Origin: an uncultured beta proteobacterium
GTDB taxonomy: Bacteria; Pseudomonadota; Gammaproteobacteria; Burkholderiales; JAEUMW01
Reading direction: 5' to 3'
Length of the DNA: 64,000 nucleotides
NCBI GenBank assembly: GCA_963747225.1
Contig: CAVVES010000010.1
Location: forward strand, 11,336 to 75,335
A program made the translations under genes and the position numbers. The first letter of the stretch is position 1, and each line of letters opens with the position of its first letter. Below, piece by piece: positions 28,191-37,430 of the stretch. The notes under the pieces were generated by a model that saw only the letters and a list, made by a program, of their open reading frames with translations, had not been told where the DNA came from and ran no database searches.

Positions 28191-31100
28191 GGACGCGCTC
28201 GCTTGAGAGCGGAAGGCTCACCGTGAAACGCGAACCCTGCCCGACATCGCTTTCGACCTTGATCGTGCCGCCGTGGAGCGCGACCAGCCGCTTAACGATC
28301 GCGAGCCCGAGACCGGTGCCGGAAATGTTCGCGACATTGCGTCCACGGGTGAAGGTCTGGAAGAGCCGCGTGCGGTCGCCCTCCGGGATGCCGATGCCGC
28401 GATCGATGACCTCGAACACGGTGGCGTCGTCGCGGCAATCGAGCTCCAGGCGAACGAGCCCGCCGCGGGGCGAGTACTTGATGGCATTGCTCACGAGGTT
28501 GGTGAGCACGTGGCGCAGGATGTGTCCGTCGAGAGGGCGCGGTCCGTCCGCACCGCTCGCCGCGAACACGAGCTCGTGACTGCCGTTGCTCGCGTGGCGC
28601 ATTTCGTCGAGGACATCGAGACAGAAACTGCGTGGATCGCACGGCGTGGGGTTGAACTCCACGCGTCCGGCGTCCGCCTTGCCGATGACGAGCACGTCGT
28701 CGAGCATTCGCGTCATGCGCGTGACCGCTGCCTTGATGTGGTCGATGAGCTCCGTCCGCTCCACCGCAGGGAGGCGATCTCCATAGTCCTTCAGCAACTC
28801 GGCGGAGGACAGGATGGTCGCGAGGGGCGTGCGGAACTCGTGGGAGGTCATTGAGACGAACCGCGACTTCAGCTCGGACAGCTCCCGCTCCCTGGCGAGG
28901 GTGCGGCGGATGTCCTCCTGGGCCTGCTTCTGGTCGGTGATGTCGAGAAAAGTCCAGATCGTGCCCTTGCCGAGATCGTTGGGATCGAGCGCCTCGCCAT
29001 AGACCTGGCACCAGATGAGGGTGCCGTCCTTGCGCTTCATCTGAGTCTCGGCGGTGTAGGCTTCGCCACGGGCGAGCGCGCCGTATCCGACCGCGCCAAA
29101 TTCTGCCCAGGCCTTCTCGTCGGGAAAGTGAACGATTGAAGACTGACCGGTCAGCTCCTCGACCCGGTAGCCGAGCATGTGCGCCACTTTTTCGTTGAGC
29201 CAGACGTGGTGTCGATGCACGGAGAACGTGATGCCGACGAGCGTGCTGCGCAGGATCGCCTCGCGCTGGGTCAGGGTGCGCGACAGCTCCTCCTCAAGCT
29301 GACGCGGCACCGTAATGTCGGACATTACCCAGATCGAACCCGCCATCGCCTGAGCAGGGTCGATCGCCTTGCCCGACAGGGAGCACCAGAAGATCGACCC
29401 GTCCTTGCGCTTCATCTGCAGCTCGGTGGCGAAGCTCTGCCCGGCCGCGAGAAGGTCGTGGCACTCCCGCCCGACCCGTTCGTAGTCTTCCATCGAGACG
29501 TAGATGACTTCGCTCGGCTGACCGATGAGCTCGCCCTTTTCGTAGCCGAGCATCTGCTGCTCCAGCGTGGCATTGATCCAGTGGACGCGGCGCTCGACGA
29601 GAAAGACGATCCCGACCATCGAGGTTTGCAGGATCGCCTCCTGCTCGGCCAGGGTCTGGGCGAGGTTGTCCTGCAGGCGCTTGCGCTCGGTGATGTCGGT
29701 GAGGAAATTGAGGCTGCCCGGCCGACCTTCCCATTCCGTCTTTACCGCCCGCACTGATAACCAGCGCATCCGGCCGCTCGGGTCGATGGTGCGGAACTCG
29801 TATTCTTCGGGCGCCGGTTCGCCGCGCATGCGCTTCACGTAGTTGCCGATGATGAGGGCGCGGTCGTCCGGGTGCGCCATCTCCTGGAACGGCGTCGCAT
29901 AGACCTCCGGCTCCGGGCGTCCGGAAAACTCCACCGCCTTCGCGTTCGCGAATCGGACGTAACCCTCCTGCACTACGACGATGCCTTCGTTCGCGTTCTC
30001 CACCACCTTGCGATATTTTTCTTCCGACTTCTGGAGCGCGGCGAGCAGTTGCTGGCGGTTGCTTGTCTCCAGGGAGAGCGAAACCATCGTCGCAAGGGAG
30101 GTCGCGAAATCGACCTCTTCCGGCGTCCAGTATCGGGGCTCGCCGACATGCTCGTGGCAGATCACGCCGACGACGCGGCCGTGGAACCACACCGGCACAT
30201 CCATCATCGAGGTGATGCCGAGCGGACCCAGATAGCTCCCGCCGAACTCCGCCGTCGCGAAATCCTCGTCGGCGCGGTGTGCAATGATCGGCCGGTCGCC
30301 ACTCATGGCGGCGAAGTAGCGGGGATAGTCGGCGCGCCTGAGCTGAAGATTGCGGGAAGAGCGGTCAAGATCGCCGCAACTCTTCAGGTACAGCATTTCG
30401 CACGTGATGACGGAGCCGTCCCCGGCCAAGGTCCAGTAGCTCGTACGCTCCACGCCCAGAGTGTCCGCGGAGGCCTTGAGGATCTGGTACAGCGCGTCGG
30501 AAAAATCCGATTTGTCGAGCCGCGCGAGTTCGAGCAGCGCGTCCCGGTGAACCAGGATGTGCTCGCTGCGGGCGCGCAGGACTTCCTCCACCCGCCCGCG
30601 CTCTGCGATCTCCGCCGTCAGCTCGCGCGTGCGTTCAGCGATGCGCACCTCGAGTTCCCGATTCAGCCGGTCCACTTCCTCCCGTGCCTGCACCTGCTCC
30701 GAGATGTCGGTGGCGATACCGGTGACGCGATAGAGATCGCCTTGCTCGTTGCGCACCGGGAAAGCCTGGTTGCGCACCCAGCGCACCGTGCCGTCCACGT
30801 GCACGACCCGGAACTCCTCGACGTGGGTGTTGCCGCGCACCTGTCGCGCCAACGCGTCGATGACCGCCGCCCGGTCTTCGGGGTGTATCGCATCGAGGAA
30901 GGACGCGGGGTTGCGGTACAGGCTCTCGACGCTGCGCCCCCAGATGGTCTCGTAGCCGGGACTCACATAGAGCACTTTGTCGCCACGCGGATTCGTCATC
31001 CAGAATACTTCGTGGATGGTTTCGGTGATCTCCCGCAGGAGCTTTTCGCTCTCCCGCAGCGGATCTTCGTCCCGGTGACGTGCCGTGAGGTCCCGCGCCT

Positions 31101-31467
31101 GCACCAAGATCTGGATGACGCGCCGGCCCTCGTCGAGCACCGCCGAATAGCCCAGATCAAGGACAACGGGCACTGCGCCATCGTCCCCGTAAACCTCTTC
31201 GTCGTGGCGGGCGCGTCCGCCGCCCGCCGCCAACCGCACCGCCCCGCGCGCCCGCGCGGCGGCATCGCGCCGCGTGCGCCACCAGCTGCACTCCGCGAAG
31301 GGCCGCCCGATGCATTCGCCGAGGGCGCGACCGGCAAAGGCGAGCGCCCGACTGTTGCAGTCGAGGAGAATGCCGCGCCCGTCGAGCAGCAGGACGTAGT
31401 CGAAGCTGCTGTCGAACAGGCGTTGATAGTCGAGCGGCTCGATTGCGTGTCGCGCCGGAGCGGCCAA
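28183..31467 (-). CDS. Cytoplasmic multi-PAS/GAF sensor histidine kinase
   Basis: 1094 aa with no obvious TM segment. About five PAS/PAC modules plus one GAF. H-box SHEFRTPL and HATPase_c (…NAIKYS…DRGIGIP…GTGLGLAIV). TTG start with GGAGG 7 nt upstream. Confidence 0.9.
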   Translation of the reverse strand: MAAPARHAIEPLDYQRLFDSSFDYVLLLDGRGILLDCNSRALAFAGRALGECIGRPFAECSWWRTRRDAAARARGAVRLAAGGGRARHDEEVYGDDGAVPVVLDLGYSAVLDEGRRVIQILVQARDLTARHRDEDPLRESEKLLREITETIHEVFWMTNPRGDKVLYVSPGYETIWGRSVESLYRNPASFLDAIHPEDRAAVIDALARQVRGNTHVEEFRVVHVDGTVRWVRNQAFPVRNEQGDLYRVTGIATDISEQVQAREEVDRLNRELEVRIAERTRELTAEIAERGRVEEVLRARSEHILVHRDALLELARLDKSDFSDALYQILKASADTLGVERTSYWTLAGDGSVITCEMLYLKSCGDLDRSSRNLQLRRADYPRYFAAMSGDRPIIAHRADEDFATAEFGGSYLGPLGITSMMDVPVWFHGRVVGVICHEHVGEPRYWTPEEVDFATSLATMVSLSLETSNRQQLLAALQKSEEKYRKVVENANEGIVVVQEGYVRFANAKAVEFSGRPEPEVYATPFQEMAHPDDRALIIGNYVKRMRGEPAPEEYEFRTIDPSGRMRWLSVRAVKTEWEGRPGSLNFLTDITERKRLQDNLAQTLAEQEAILQTSMVGIVFLVERRVHWINATLEQQMLGYEKGELIGQPSEVIYVSMEDYERVGRECHDLLAAGQSFATELQMKRKDGSIFWCSLSGKAIDPAQAMAGSIWVMSDITVPRQLEEELSRTLTQREAILRSTLVGITFSVHRHHVWLNEKVAHMLGYRVEELTGQSSIVHFPDEKAWAEFGAVGYGALARGEAYTAETQMKRKDGTLIWCQVYGEALDPNDLGKGTIWTFLDITDQKQAQEDIRRTLARERELSELKSRFVSMTSHEFRTPLATILSSAELLKDYGDRLPAVERTELIDHIKAAVTRMTRMLDDVLVIGKADAGRVEFNPTPCDPRSFCLDVLDEMRHASNGSHELVFAASGADGPRPLDGHILRHVLTNLVSNAIKYSPRGGLVRLELDCRDDATVFEVIDRGIGIPEGDRTRLFQTFTRGRNVANISGTGLGLAIVKRLVALHGGTIKVESDVGQGSRFTVSLPLSSERVHG

Positions 31468-31735
31468 GGCAGAACCTCCGTGCGTGAAAGTGCGTCCAGT
31501 CGTAGTCGCCGCGGCTCGCGGCGGCGACGACCCTCTTTCGCATCCGGCGATTATAGGGTCACGCGCCCCCTTTTCGCTGCAAGAGCCACAAAGGAAAGGC
31601 GGGTGGATTGCCGATGCCCACCGGCGGGCGTATAAATACCGCTCGATTTCGCGCTATTCTCCCCGGGCAGACTGGCGGAAGATCAAACGACAAAAGCGGC
31701 AGCGCGGAGCATTTCCCAACTCAAGGAGAGACAGG

Positions 31736-32830
31736 ATGAGCAGCAACCTACTCGAAACCATGATGAAGTCGTACGGAAACGATTTCGCAGCCCAGGCGAG
31801 CAAGTTTCTGGGCGCGTCGGAAGACATGACCAAGGCAGGCATGGGCGCTGTGTTTCCTTCCCTGCTCGGCGGAGTGATGCAGCAGGGATCGACTCCGGCG
31901 GGGGCAGCAAGCCTCATGAATGCCTTGAACAGCCCGAGCATCGGAACCGACCTCGCCGGCAGCATGGCGAAGATGTTCGGCAGCGGCCAGAGTGCCAACG
32001 ATTTCATGACCCTGGGCACGAATCTCGTCAAGGGGCTTTTCGGCGACCGATTCGCGGACGTTGCGAAAGCTGCCGCGTCGACGAGCGGACTCGCCTCCGG
32101 TGCGATCGAAAAGATGTTCGCCATGGGGGCACCGCTCTTGTTTGGATTTCTTAAGAACCAGATCGCAGCGGGCAAGCTCGACACAGACGGCGTCATGAAA
32201 CTCCTCGACAGCCAACGCGACTTCGTGAAATCCGGAATCGACACCAATCTCGCCGGATTGCTCGGTTTGAGCGGCAGTGTCGGCGGTTTCTTCGCGGGGG
32301 TGACCGGCGCCCTGAGCAAGGCTTTCGGCGCGGCCACGGAGGCCGGCACCACCGCCATCGAGGAAGCTACGAAGATGGCTGAGAAAGTTGCGGGCGTCAC
32401 GGCGGACACCGCTCGGGCGGCCGGTGAGTCTGCCACGAAGGCGGCCGCGGCCGCATCGGAAGCGAGCGCCAATGCCTGTTCCAACGCGGTGAAGACAGCC
32501 GAGACCCTCGCCGGACACACCGCCGAGGCGGCAAGGTCCGCCGGCGCGATGGCGACCAAGGCCGCAAACATCGCTTCCGAGGCCAGCGCAAACGCCATGA
32601 AGACAGCGGAGTCGATGGCGAACACGGTCACCAGCGCTACCCGCGCAAGCGCGGAGGCAACCGCGAAGGCTGCGACCACGGCGGTCGATGCGGGGACGAA
32701 CGCGGTCGCGAGCGCCGTCAAGGGAGCGGGCGATCTCGCCGATGCCAGCGCGGACGCGGCCAAGGCAACCGCGGAAAAGGCCTCGAAAGCCGTCTCCGCA
32801 GCCGAGGATGCGGTCAAGAAGAAAACCTGA
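31736..32830 (+). CDS. DUF937-like protein with Ala-rich repetitive C-terminal half
   Basis: ATG with AAGGAGAG SD. The N-terminal half (…FAAQASKFLG…GAVFPSLLGGVMQQG…LFGFLKNQ…) fits the DUF937 pattern. The C-terminal ~170 aa are Ala/Thr/Ser/Lys-rich imperfect repeats. Confidence 0.7.
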   Translation: MSSNLLETMMKSYGNDFAAQASKFLGASEDMTKAGMGAVFPSLLGGVMQQGSTPAGAASLMNALNSPSIGTDLAGSMAKMFGSGQSANDFMTLGTNLVKGLFGDRFADVAKAAASTSGLASGAIEKMFAMGAPLLFGFLKNQIAAGKLDTDGVMKLLDSQRDFVKSGIDTNLAGLLGLSGSVGGFFAGVTGALSKAFGAATEAGTTAIEEATKMAEKVAGVTADTARAAGESATKAAAAASEASANACSNAVKTAETLAGHTAEAARSAGAMATKAANIASEASANAMKTAESMANTVTSATRASAEATAKAATTAVDAGTNAVASAVKGAGDLADASADAAKATAEKASKAVSAAEDAVKKKT

Positions 32831-32865
32831 TTCCGCGCCCGTCCAGTCCAGGCGCTGCTTGAGCG

Positions 32866-32895
32866 CTCAGCCGGCTCTCAACCGAGCCGGCTGAG
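32866..32895. terminator. 12-bp stem hairpin between convergent genes (overlaps the last codons of the oxidoreductase gene)
   Basis: CTCAGCCGGCTC-TCAACC-GAGCCGGCTGAG read from the sequence. Confidence 0.4.
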
Positions 32896-34422
32896 TAGCT
32901 TCGGCTCGATCGCCGCCGCCGCCAGAATTCCTCCCATCATAGCCCCCTGCACACCCGGGGTGCCCACATCCTGCCCGGCCAGATAGAGTCCTTCCACGGG
33001 TGTCTTCGCGTGCAGCCATTTGCAGAGGAAACGGGCGGGCGTCGGCTCCAGCCCGTACATCGCACCTTCGTGGGCTCCGGTGACCGCCGTCATGGAGAGG
33101 GGCGTGGACACTTCGATGCAGCGAATGAGAGGCGCGAGCGCCGGAAAGTATCGGCTGAACTGCGCAACCATGTGCTTCTGGATCTGATTCTTGAGCTTGC
33201 GGTACCCCGGCGGCCGCGCACCCGGACGGGAATCCTGCCACGGCGCGAAGAGCTTCCAGTCCGTGTAGGCGAAAGCCTCGACGGTATGCCGCTTGTGGGG
33301 ACCGGGATCGTGCTTCGGGTCCTTGAGGGACGGGAAGGAAACGTACATCACCGGCGCGTTCGGCTGCTTCAGGGGATTCGTCCACAACGCCGCCTCGAGG
33401 TCCCAGGTTTCGTAGAACCAGTGGTTCGAAGGGCTTGCACCCATCGACCCGATGTCCCCCTCGAGGCCCAGATAAAGTCCGACATGAGCGGTGGTCGGCG
33501 AGAGCGCGAGGATCTCGCGTGCCCATTCCGCTTCGCGCAGAAGCTCCGGTAGCAACCTGGCAACGGTGTTGCGGGCGCCAATGTCCGAAATGACGCGGGA
33601 TGCGTGAAACACCTCGCCCCCTTCGACGGCAACCCCTGCTACCGCCGAACCTTCCAAGAGGAGCTCCGTGACGCGATGCTCCACCCGCACTGCGCCACCG
33701 GCCGCTTCGATCACGCGCGTCAGCCTTTCGGCGAAAACGCCGGCGCCTCCCACCGGGTAGTAGCCCCCGTTGAAGAAGTTGCTGACGACCACGGCGTGGA
33801 TGCCGAAGGAGCTGCGGGACGGCACGCTGCCGTAATCCCCCCACTGTGCCGCCAGCACACTGCGGAGGCGCGGATCTGCGATGAACTGCTCGAGCACCAC
33901 CTGGGTCGAGCGTCCGCACCAGCGACCGATGCTGTCGCCTTTCCACAGTCGGTAGAATGAGCCCATCGGCTCCGGCATTGCACGCAGCGCAAAGACGGCG
34001 TTACCGGCGCTCTGGGCAGCGCGGAGGGCGTCGAACCAGGCGTCGATCTCCGAGACGGAGCCAGGAAACCTCCCCTTCAGTTCACGCTTGAGCGCCTCCT
34101 CTGGGCGCACGAACTGGGTGACGAAACCGCCTGGAAAATGCATCGTGTCGTAGACGGCGCCCATGGACGCCATCTCGATCGTGCCGCCGGAAATCCATTC
34201 GAGCAGGCCCTCATCCTCGTCCTCCTGCCCCATGTCTCCCAGGTAATGCACGCCCACGCCCCAAGTCCAGCCGTCGCGGGAAAAGGTGTGGGTGAGCCCC
34301 CCCGCCACGCAGTGCTGCTCGAGGACTAGGACGCGATGCTTGTATTTGGCGAGCGCCGCCGCGCAGGCCAGTCCGCCGATGCCGGAGCCGATGACGATCG
34401 CGTCCCACTTGTCCTGGCTCAT
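32878..34422 (-). CDS. NAD(P)/FAD-dependent oxidoreductase, phytoene-desaturase (CrtI)-like family
   Basis: MSQDKWDAIVIGSGIGGLACAAALAK...VLVLEQH dinucleotide-binding motif. 514 aa from the internal ATG. Confidence 0.8.
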   Translation of the reverse strand: MSQDKWDAIVIGSGIGGLACAAALAKYKHRVLVLEQHCVAGGLTHTFSRDGWTWGVGVHYLGDMGQEDEDEGLLEWISGGTIEMASMGAVYDTMHFPGGFVTQFVRPEEALKRELKGRFPGSVSEIDAWFDALRAAQSAGNAVFALRAMPEPMGSFYRLWKGDSIGRWCGRSTQVVLEQFIADPRLRSVLAAQWGDYGSVPSRSSFGIHAVVVSNFFNGGYYPVGGAGVFAERLTRVIEAAGGAVRVEHRVTELLLEGSAVAGVAVEGGEVFHASRVISDIGARNTVARLLPELLREAEWAREILALSPTTAHVGLYLGLEGDIGSMGASPSNHWFYETWDLEAALWTNPLKQPNAPVMYVSFPSLKDPKHDPGPHKRHTVEAFAYTDWKLFAPWQDSRPGARPPGYRKLKNQIQKHMVAQFSRYFPALAPLIRCIEVSTPLSMTAVTGAHEGAMYGLEPTPARFLCKWLHAKTPVEGLYLAGQDVGTPGVQGAMMGGILAAAAIEPKLLSRLG

Positions 34423-34679
34423 GGCCTGAAATGCATTCTGCTGTGGGGTGCCAACTTGGACACCGACGGCGCGAGCCTGGCAGCGCGGTAATTCGATCGC
34501 CGGGAAGCCGCCTCCCTCCCGAAAACGCAACCCGCCTTGACTCCGGCGCCATTCCGACCCTTCCCTGGGGCCGTTCGACCGCAAAGAACCACCGTTGACC
34601 GGGTGCAGGATGACGAGGAACGAGGCATGAATCTAGCTTGACGGGTACGCCAGTTTACAGGCAGCGGAGGAACAAGAGC

Positions 34680-34817
34680 ATGGCGCTCATCGCCTTTTAC
34701 GTCGTCGCGATCATCATTCTGGTCCTGCATTTCACGGGCTGGCTCGCGAAGAACAACATGGAGTGGATCGTGCTCATCCTCGCCGCCGCAACCTTTCCCG
34801 CGATCTACCTTCTCTAG
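34680..34817 (+). CDS. Small hydrophobic protein (45 aa, two predicted TM segments); not in the supplied ORF track
   Basis: GGAGG lies 9 nt upstream of the ATG. MALIAFYVVAIIILVLHFTGWLAKNNMEWIVLILAAATFPAIYLL. Third codon positions are almost all G/C, as in the surrounding genes. Confidence 0.45.
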   Translation: MALIAFYVVAIIILVLHFTGWLAKNNMEWIVLILAAATFPAIYLL

Positions 34818-34838
34818 CTCTTCTCCGCTTCCCTTTCC

Positions 34839-35807
34839 TTACAGCCAGCCGGCCCGCTTGAGTTTCCGGTAGACCACCAGACAGGTAATGAACATTACCG
34901 CCAGGACCATCGGGTAGCCGAAGGCCCACTTCAGTTCCGGCATCTTCTCGAAGTTCATCCCGTAGATACCGCCGATCATGGTCGGAATGGCCAGGATCGC
35001 GCCCCACCCCGCGAGCCGTTTCATCACTTCGCCGTGCTTCATCGAGAGCAGCGTCAGATTCACGGTGAGCGCTGTGTTCACCATCTCGCGGCCCGAATCG
35101 ACCACGTCGAGAATGCGCTGGGCATGGTCTGAAACATCCCGGAAGTACGGGCGGATCTCGTCGGAGATCAACGCACGGTAGGCCGGAAGATCATTGCAGA
35201 TCTGCACCACCGGGAGCACCGCGCGCCGCACCGCCATCATCTTCGACTTGAGGTCGTAAGCCTTCTCCACCGCATCGCCATCGGTCTGCGAACGGAAAAT
35301 TCCTTCCTCGATCGCCTCCAGTTCGTCCTCGAGATCCTCGACGATGGGAAAGTACTGGTCCATCACGAAGTCGAGGACCGAATAGAGCACGAAACCGGGA
35401 CCCTTCCCGAGCAGTTCCGGTTCCGCCTCGCAGCGGGAGCGCACGTCCTTGTAGGCCGAGGATGCGCCATGGCGCACCGTAACCACATAGCGAGTGCCGA
35501 TAAACAAGTGCGTTTCGCCGAAGTCGAGATCGCCGTTGCTCATGCGCGCCGTGCGCAGGACCACGAACAGCGTACCGCCGTAGGCTTCGAGCTTCGGACG
35601 CTGATGCGCGCGCCACGCATCCTCGACCGCGAGATCGTGCAGGCCGAACTCTTCCTGCACCTTGCGCATGAGCGGCTCGTCGGGTTCGCAGAGTCCGAGC
35701 CAGACAAAGGTGCCGGGCTGTTCGATGAAGTCGCTGATCTCGTCGATGGTGATGTCGCGAATCTTTTTCCCGTCGTAGTACGCGACGCAGTTCGCTACCA
35801 TTTCCAT
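34839..35807 (-). CDS. corA: Magnesium/cobalt transporter CorA
   Basis: 322 aa; YGMNF (GMN) motif followed by the final TM helix. Confidence 0.9.
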   Translation of the reverse strand: MEMVANCVAYYDGKKIRDITIDEISDFIEQPGTFVWLGLCEPDEPLMRKVQEEFGLHDLAVEDAWRAHQRPKLEAYGGTLFVVLRTARMSNGDLDFGETHLFIGTRYVVTVRHGASSAYKDVRSRCEAEPELLGKGPGFVLYSVLDFVMDQYFPIVEDLEDELEAIEEGIFRSQTDGDAVEKAYDLKSKMMAVRRAVLPVVQICNDLPAYRALISDEIRPYFRDVSDHAQRILDVVDSGREMVNTALTVNLTLLSMKHGEVMKRLAGWGAILAIPTMIGGIYGMNFEKMPELKWAFGYPMVLAVMFITCLVVYRKLKRAGWL

Positions 35808-35825
35808 GACCTTGCCTTGCCCCGT

Positions 35826-37418
35826 TCAGAAGCCGACAGCCTGTCCGTCACGCCGCGGATCCGATGCCGCGAGGTACCCGTCGTCGAGCCGGCAGATGAA
35901 CTGCCCGGCCCCGAAATCCAGATAGCTTTGCGGGTCGGGCGGCGCGATCCGATGCCCAAGGCGTGCAAGTTCGGAAACGACCAATGGATCCATGGAAGGC
36001 TCTACCTCCACGTTCAACCCGTCGCCGACCTTCCAGCGGGGCGCATCGCACGCTGCCTGGGGATTCTGACCGTAATCAGCCAAACGCACCATGATCTGCA
36101 GGTGACCTTGCGGCTGCATGGTTGCACCCATCACGCCGAAGCTCATGAACGGCGCACCATCACGCGTGACGAAGGCGGGAATGATCGTATGGAACGGGCG
36201 CTTTCTGCCTCCGACCTCGTTCGGATGACCACGCTCGAGGGTGAAGGCGAAGCCGCGACTCTGCAGGCTGATGCCAGTTCCGGGCACCACGACTCCCGAT
36301 CCGAAGCCGATGTAGTTCGACTGGATGAAGGAAACCATCATGCCGTCAGCGTCGGCGGCCGTGAGATACACGGTGCCGCCGCGGGGCAGCGTGCCCGCGC
36401 GGGTTTCCCGCGCCTGTGCGCGATCGATGCACTCCGCGCGCTGGGCAAGGTAGTCCGGGTCGAGCAGGTCCGGCACGCCGACCCGCATGGTTTCCGGGTC
36501 GGAGACATAAGCATAGGCGTCGGCAAAGGCGAGCTTCATCGCTTCGATCTGCAGGTGCAGGCTCGCGGAGGAATCGACCGGACGCCCCACGAGGTCGAGA
36601 TGGTGGAGGATTCCGAGGGCGCTCAGTGCGGCGATGCCCTGCCCGTTCGGGGGCAACTCGTGCAGCGTGAACCCGCGGTAGTCGATGGACACGGGCTCGA
36701 CCCAGTCCACGCCATGCGCATCGAGGTCCGCCACGCTCATGGCGCCGCCATGCCTGTCGGAGTGAGCCACGATGCGTTCGGCTAGCGCTCCCCGGTAGAA
36801 GGCCTCACCGCGCGTCGCAGCGATCGCTTCGAGGGTTCTCGCCAGCGCAGGTAACGCGAACCGCTCGCCCGGATGCGGTGCGCGACCTTTCGGCATGAAC
36901 GCTTCCGCGAATCCGGGCTCTTTGCTGAGCACGGGCACCTGATTCGCCCACTTCGTTGCAACGATTGGGGTGACAGCAAAACCCCCGTGCGCGTATTCGA
37001 TCGCTGGTTCGAACAAGGCATCGAATGGGAGTCGGCCAAACCGCTCGGACAAGGCTACCCACGCGGAAACCGCGCCTGGCACCGTCACTGTGTCCCACCC
37101 CGTCGCCGGCATGGCGTCCCGGCCTGCGAAACGGTCCGGGGACCACGCTTGCGGCGATCTCCCGGAGGCGTTGAGGCCGTGCAGAACCGTCCCGTCCCAG
37201 ACGATGGCAAAGGCGTCGGAGCCGACTCCGTTTGATACCGGCTCCACGACAGTCAGCGTGATGGCGGCCGCGAGCGCAGCGTCGACGGCGTTGCCGCCCT
37301 TGAGCAGCATTCGCAGCCCCGCCTGCGCCGCGAGGGGTTGCGACGTTGCGACGACGTTGCGCGCGAGCACGGGTATGCGCCGCGACGGGTAAGGAAAGCG
37401 CCAGTCGAAAAGATCCAT
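35826..37418 (-). CDS. ggt: Gamma-glutamyltransferase family protein
   Basis: 530 aa; ...GGNAVDAALA... and the autoprocessing region ...PRGGTVYLTAADADG... Confidence 0.85.
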   Translation of the reverse strand: MDLFDWRFPYPSRRIPVLARNVVATSQPLAAQAGLRMLLKGGNAVDAALAAAITLTVVEPVSNGVGSDAFAIVWDGTVLHGLNASGRSPQAWSPDRFAGRDAMPATGWDTVTVPGAVSAWVALSERFGRLPFDALFEPAIEYAHGGFAVTPIVATKWANQVPVLSKEPGFAEAFMPKGRAPHPGERFALPALARTLEAIAATRGEAFYRGALAERIVAHSDRHGGAMSVADLDAHGVDWVEPVSIDYRGFTLHELPPNGQGIAALSALGILHHLDLVGRPVDSSASLHLQIEAMKLAFADAYAYVSDPETMRVGVPDLLDPDYLAQRAECIDRAQARETRAGTLPRGGTVYLTAADADGMMVSFIQSNYIGFGSGVVVPGTGISLQSRGFAFTLERGHPNEVGGRKRPFHTIIPAFVTRDGAPFMSFGVMGATMQPQGHLQIMVRLADYGQNPQAACDAPRWKVGDGLNVEVEPSMDPLVVSELARLGHRIAPPDPQSYLDFGAGQFICRLDDGYLAASDPRRDGQAVGF

Positions 37419-37430
37419 GGGAGCGACTCC

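Noticed and set aside
29872-31635. 587-aa plus-strand ORF over the sensor kinase
   Set aside because: Shadow ORF opposite clear PAS/GAF modules.
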